From positions 1 through 20,254 of the forward strand of contig CAWDWO010000025.1 of the NCBI GenBank assembly GCA_963806035.1: 20,254 bases of DNA, given 5' to 3'. The position numbers and the translations under genes were made by a program. The number at the start of each line of letters is the position of its first letter. Position 1 is the first letter of the stretch. Positions 16,169 through 20,254 of this stretch are shown one piece after another. The notes beneath the pieces were generated by a model. It saw only the letters and a program-made list of their open reading frames with translations. It searched no databases and was not told the origin of the DNA. This DNA is from Candidatus Krumholzibacteriota bacterium. GTDB lineage: Bacteria > Krumholzibacteriota > Krumholzibacteriia > JAJRXK01.

Positions 16169-17908
16169 ATGCGTATCCGCAGGCTCTTTCCCTACCTCCT
16201 TCGACATCGCTCCGCGATGATCACCGGCATTTTGGCCATCGTCATCGGGGAGATTTTCAGCATGCTGGGCCCCTGGTTCCTGCGCCAGGCCATCGATCGC
16301 CTCGAGGCGAACCAGATCGCGGCCGCCCGCCATGCCGCCCTCCTCATGCTCGTCGTCACCGTGGTGGCCGGGATCGGCAGCTTCGTGATGCGCCGCACCA
16401 TGATCGGCGCCAGCCGTCTCATCGAGCGCCAGCTCCGCCACGACTTCACCGCGCACGTCTTCCAGCTCTCCCCCCGCTGGTACGATACTCATAAAGTGGG
16501 CGAAGTCATGGCTCTAGCCACCAATGATATCAATGCAGTACGGATGCTCCTGGGGCCGGGCATCATGTACTTCGTTCAGACCATCTTCACTGCGGTGGTG
16601 GCCATTGCGCTCATGCTCAAGCTCTCCCCGCATCTCACCCTGATCTCCCTGGCTCCCCTGCCCATCCTGGGGCTGGCCGTCCAGCGAGGCAGCCGCAGCA
16701 TCCATAGCCGCTTCTCGCAGGTGCAGGAAAGTTTCGCAAGCCTCTCCGCCTACGCACAGGAGATGCTCTCGGGAATTCGTCCCATTCGCGCCTACTCGCG
16801 CGAGGAGTTGGCTGCCGCGCGTTTCGACGAGAGAAGTGTCGAGCTCCTCGACCGCAATCTCTCATTCGTCCGCATCCAGTCCGTACTGCGGCCCATGATG
16901 ATCTTCATCGCGGGATCGGCCACCGCGATCACTCTGTACTTCGGCGGACGCATGGTGCTCGCACATTCCATCAGCGTGGGAACCTTGGTGGCATTCATGG
17001 CCTATCTCGCGCAGCTGACCTGGCCCGCCATGGCCTTGGGCTTCACCATCAACATCTGGCAACGTGGACTGGCGAGCCTCGATCGCCTCGGAGAAGTCCT
17101 GGACGCTCCCATCGAAATTCACGACACAGAAGACTCCCTTTCCTGGAAAGACCGCCAGGGTCGCATCGAGTTCCGCCATCTCAGCTTCGCCTACCCCAAC
17201 TCCAAGAGCAACGCCATCGAGGACTTGAGTTTCGAAATGCCGGCCGGAAGCTGGACCGCCCTGGTTGGCGAGACCGGTTCGGGCAAGACCACCCTAGTAC
17301 GATTGTTGAACCGGCAGTACGACAGCTACCGGGGAACCATCACCATCGATGGAATCGATCTGCGAAGGATGCGCCTGGAAGATCTGCGAGCCGGCGTGGG
17401 CTACGCGCCACAAGATGGTTTTCTCTTCAGCGACACCCTGCGCGAAAACATCCTCTTCGCCCACCCCAAAGGAAGCGACGAAGAGGTGGAACGCCTGGTG
17501 CGCGTGAGCCGACTGGAAAAGGACCGCGCCGCGTTTCCCGAAGGCTGGCAAACCCTGGTCGGAGAACGCGGTGTTACCCTCTCCGGCGGACAGAAGCAAC
17601 GCGTCAGCATCGCGCGAGCCCTGGCTCCCGATCCCACCATCCTACTTCTGGACGACGTGTTTTCCTCGGTCGACAACGAGACCGAAGCCGAGCTCCTCGC
17701 TCAGCTCAGAGAGGCCTGGCAGGGCCGCACCGTGCTCCTGGTGACACACCGCCTGCTGGGAGTCAAGGAGGCCGATCAGATCGTGGTGCTCGACGAGGGA
17801 AGGGTCGTGGAGATCGGCCGTCACGAGGAACTCCTCGAGCGCAAGGGCGAGTACGCGAAGCTCTTTCACCAACAGGCCACCGCGGCGGAACTGGACGCGA
17901 TCCAATGA
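16169..17908 (+). CDS. Heterodimeric ABC exporter subunit A (TMD+NBD; MdlA/YheI-like, degenerate Walker B)
   Basis: TM domain plus GETGSGKT, LSGGQKQR and LLLDDVFSSVD (catalytic E replaced by D), THR switch. ATG 16169 preferred over TTG 16091. Confidence 0.93.
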   Translation: MRIRRLFPYLLRHRSAMITGILAIVIGEIFSMLGPWFLRQAIDRLEANQIAAARHAALLMLVVTVVAGIGSFVMRRTMIGASRLIERQLRHDFTAHVFQLSPRWYDTHKVGEVMALATNDINAVRMLLGPGIMYFVQTIFTAVVAIALMLKLSPHLTLISLAPLPILGLAVQRGSRSIHSRFSQVQESFASLSAYAQEMLSGIRPIRAYSREELAAARFDERSVELLDRNLSFVRIQSVLRPMMIFIAGSATAITLYFGGRMVLAHSISVGTLVAFMAYLAQLTWPAMALGFTINIWQRGLASLDRLGEVLDAPIEIHDTEDSLSWKDRQGRIEFRHLSFAYPNSKSNAIEDLSFEMPAGSWTALVGETGSGKTTLVRLLNRQYDSYRGTITIDGIDLRRMRLEDLRAGVGYAPQDGFLFSDTLRENILFAHPKGSDEEVERLVRVSRLEKDRAAFPEGWQTLVGERGVTLSGGQKQRVSIARALAPDPTILLLDDVFSSVDNETEAELLAQLREAWQGRTVLLVTHRLLGVKEADQIVVLDEGRVVEIGRHEELLERKGEYAKLFHQQATAAELDAIQ

Positions 17909-19794
17909 GTGGCCCCAAGAAATCCACCGCACGCCCCGTCTCGCAGAAGACCTCCAGCGAGAGTCGGGTCCCCACAGAGAAAGCCGCCAGCCGCATCGCG
18001 GAAGCCACCGAGCGCGAGTTCGAAGCCACGCGCGATCTGGACTGGGGGCAGCTACGCCGCCTTCTCGCCTACCTGCGTCCCTACCGGGGCCGAGTCACCC
18101 TGACCGCCGTGCTCATCGTGGCGGTGTCGGCACTCAGCATCGCCGGTCCCTACTTGGTGAAAGTCGCCATCGATCGCTCCCTGCAGGGCACGGGACCGGT
18201 GGATCAGCGCCTGCAGATCCTCGGCCTGGTGGGAGCACTGTACCTCGGAGTGCTGCTGCTCACCGGACTTCTGTCCTTCCTCCAGAGCCTCTTGCTTCAA
18301 ACCGTGGGCCAGAAGGTGATGAACGATCTGCGGCGCCAGCTTTTCCGGCACGTGATGCGGCAGGACATGTCCTTATTTGACCGCGAGCCGGTGGGGCGCC
18401 TCATGACACGGCTCACCTCCGACGTGGAGGCCCTGAACGAACTCTTCACCTCCGGAGTGGTCACCATCGCGATGGACGCCCTCACCTTGCTCGCGATCAT
18501 GACCATCATGCTGGTGATGGACCTCAAACTCGCGTTGATCTCCTTCGCGGTAATTCCTGCCCTCTTCGCTCTCTCGATGATCTTTCGCACCCGCGTCCGA
18601 CGCGCATTCCGGCGCATCCGCGTTCGCGTGGCGCGCATCAACGGCTTCTTGCAAGAACACCTCTCCGGGCTCTCCATCGTGCAGGCCTTCGGCCAGGAAT
18701 CGCGCCGCCTGGATCGATTCGACTCCCTGAACCAGGACCACACCGAGGCGCACCTGGATACCGTCGCCGCCTTCGCCGTGTTCTTCCCCGCAGTCGAGGT
18801 CTTCTCCACCGCGGCGGTGGTCCTCTTGCTGTGGACGGGAAGCGGGATGGTTGCCGCCACCACCGTGAGCCTGGGAACTCTGGTGGCCTTCGTGCAGTAC
18901 GCCCAGCGTTTCTATCGACCCATCAGCGATCTCAGCGAGAAGTTCAACATCATGCAGGGCGCAATGGCCGCCGGGGAACGCGTCTTTCTGCTCCTGGACA
19001 CCCACCCCGAGATCCTCACCCCGGCGAGGCCCCGCGGTGTTCCGCGCGTGAAGGGCGAAGTTCGTTTCGACAGGGTGAGCTTCTCCTACGACGGCCAGGA
19101 TAAGGTCCTCGATGATCTCAGCTTCCACGTACGGCCCGGCGAACGTGTCGCCCTGGTGGGTGCGACCGGGGCGGGCAAAACCACGATCATCTCGCTTTTG
19201 ACCCGCTTTTACGAAATCGAAAAGGGCAGCATTTCCATCGACGGCATCGACGTGCGGGAGTGGGACCCCAGGCAACTGCGCCGGCAGGTCGGTGTGGTCC
19301 TCCAGGACCCGCGGCTTTTCTCGGGAACTCTCGATTCCAACCTCAGACTCTGGCACGAAGACTTCGACGAGAAGAGTCTGGACGAGGCGGTACGACGCAT
19401 TGGACTGGAAAGAGTCCTGCGCAAGCTTCCCGACGGCCTCTCTCACGAATTGGGAGAAGGCGGGGGACGTCTCTCGACCGGCGAACGGCAGCTCGTGAGT
19501 TTCGCGCGCGCCCTCGCCCACGATCCGCCCATCCTGGTCCTGGATGAAGCCACCGCCAGCGTGGACGCCGCCACCGAGGCCCGCATTCAGGCCGCGATCG
19601 AGGTCCTGATGCAGGGCCGCACTTCTCTGGTCATCGCGCACCGCCTCTCCACCGTGCGCTCGGTCGACCGGATTCTGGTTTTACATCATGGGCGGCTGGT
19701 GGAAGAGGGAAGCCACGACGAACTCCTGACCACCCCCAACGGAATCTATCGCAGGCTCGTCGAGATTCAGTTGAAGCAGAGCCGGCAGGCGTAG
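17905..19794 (+). CDS. Heterodimeric ABC exporter subunit B (TMD+NBD; MdlB/YheH-like)
   Basis: GATGAGKT, degenerate signature LSTGERQ, consensus LVLDEATASVD and IAHRLST. ATGA overlap with subunit A. Confidence 0.94.
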   Translation: MSGPKKSTARPVSQKTSSESRVPTEKAASRIAEATEREFEATRDLDWGQLRRLLAYLRPYRGRVTLTAVLIVAVSALSIAGPYLVKVAIDRSLQGTGPVDQRLQILGLVGALYLGVLLLTGLLSFLQSLLLQTVGQKVMNDLRRQLFRHVMRQDMSLFDREPVGRLMTRLTSDVEALNELFTSGVVTIAMDALTLLAIMTIMLVMDLKLALISFAVIPALFALSMIFRTRVRRAFRRIRVRVARINGFLQEHLSGLSIVQAFGQESRRLDRFDSLNQDHTEAHLDTVAAFAVFFPAVEVFSTAAVVLLLWTGSGMVAATTVSLGTLVAFVQYAQRFYRPISDLSEKFNIMQGAMAAGERVFLLLDTHPEILTPARPRGVPRVKGEVRFDRVSFSYDGQDKVLDDLSFHVRPGERVALVGATGAGKTTIISLLTRFYEIEKGSISIDGIDVREWDPRQLRRQVGVVLQDPRLFSGTLDSNLRLWHEDFDEKSLDEAVRRIGLERVLRKLPDGLSHELGEGGGRLSTGERQLVSFARALAHDPPILVLDEATASVDAATEARIQAAIEVLMQGRTSLVIAHRLSTVRSVDRILVLHHGRLVEEGSHDELLTTPNGIYRRLVEIQLKQSRQA

Positions 19795-19821
19795 CCGCGT
19801 GCGCCGAAGCAGATCTCCGCT

Positions 19822-20253
19822 CTAGAACCCCAGGAAGAAGCCGACGCTGATCTCCCAGAACTGCAGCGGGTTCTTGCCATTGAAGGTGTCGGACGGGAGT
19901 CGCGCTTCCTCGTCCGAAAAATCGGTAGGCAAGATGTGATCGCGCGCCTCGAAGCGCACAAATTCCCACCGATAACCCCCTCCAAGCACGTAGCTGACTC
20001 CGTCCTGTTTCAACTGGCCTCCAGTAGTCTCACGTTCATCGAACTTCACGTTCGAGAGGCCGATACCTGCCAGAAAGTAAGGCGTGTTCTTTTGCTTGCT
20101 CCAATCCCAAGCGAGTACGGCCTCGTAGAATGTCGCCCGCACCGTATCCCAGTTGTAGGTGTAGGAATAACGCGCAGCGGTCAAAACGTCAGCGCTGACG
20201 TTCATCTGCGTGTGGGAAAGCGATAGGTCCCAACTGAACTGGTCGGAAATTCC
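19822..20253 (-). CDS. Outer-membrane beta-barrel protein (OmpA/OMP_b-brl-like), 5' end outside the window
   Basis: Frame is open to the window edge (GISDQFSWDLSLSHTQMN...). Alternating amphipathic strands (TPYFLAGIG, YVLGGGYRW, VRFEARD) and terminal Phe (EISVGFFLGF). Confidence 0.8.
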   Translation of the reverse strand, partial: GISDQFSWDLSLSHTQMNVSADVLTAARYSYTYNWDTVRATFYEAVLAWDWSKQKNTPYFLAGIGLSNVKFDERETTGGQLKQDGVSYVLGGGYRWEFVRFEARDHILPTDFSDEEARLPSDTFNGKNPLQFWEISVGFFLGF

Positions 20254-20254
20254 C

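Overview
High-GC bacterial chromosomal window, mostly cell-envelope and signalling genes. The C-terminal motif of one secreted protein tentatively suggests a Krumholzibacteriota/Latescibacterota/Eisenbacteria-type lineage (inference). Left to right: a frameshifted Smr-domain gene missed by the ORF track (minus strand, runs off the window edge); a TauE/SafE permease; a secreted protein ending in a 'VPVEnrSWsamKaaYR' tail; a terminator running into a 3 x 20 bp tandem repeat; a large helical protein with a C-terminal HNH nuclease, its own near-consensus sigma70 promoter and a probable late frameshift; two tandemly duplicated Ser/Thr kinase + TolB-like propeller genes, each with its own copy of the promoter; pgeF; a Wzi-family outer-membrane protein; on the minus strand an orphan ParA, an O-antigen-ligase-like protein and a GH32-like lipoprotein; a heterodimeric ABC exporter; and the 3' part of an outer-membrane beta-barrel gene. 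No rRNA, tRNA, CRISPR array or classical transposase was seen. The best leads are the repeat/promoter/HNH module, the putative C-terminal sorting motif, and the ParA-glycan cluster.
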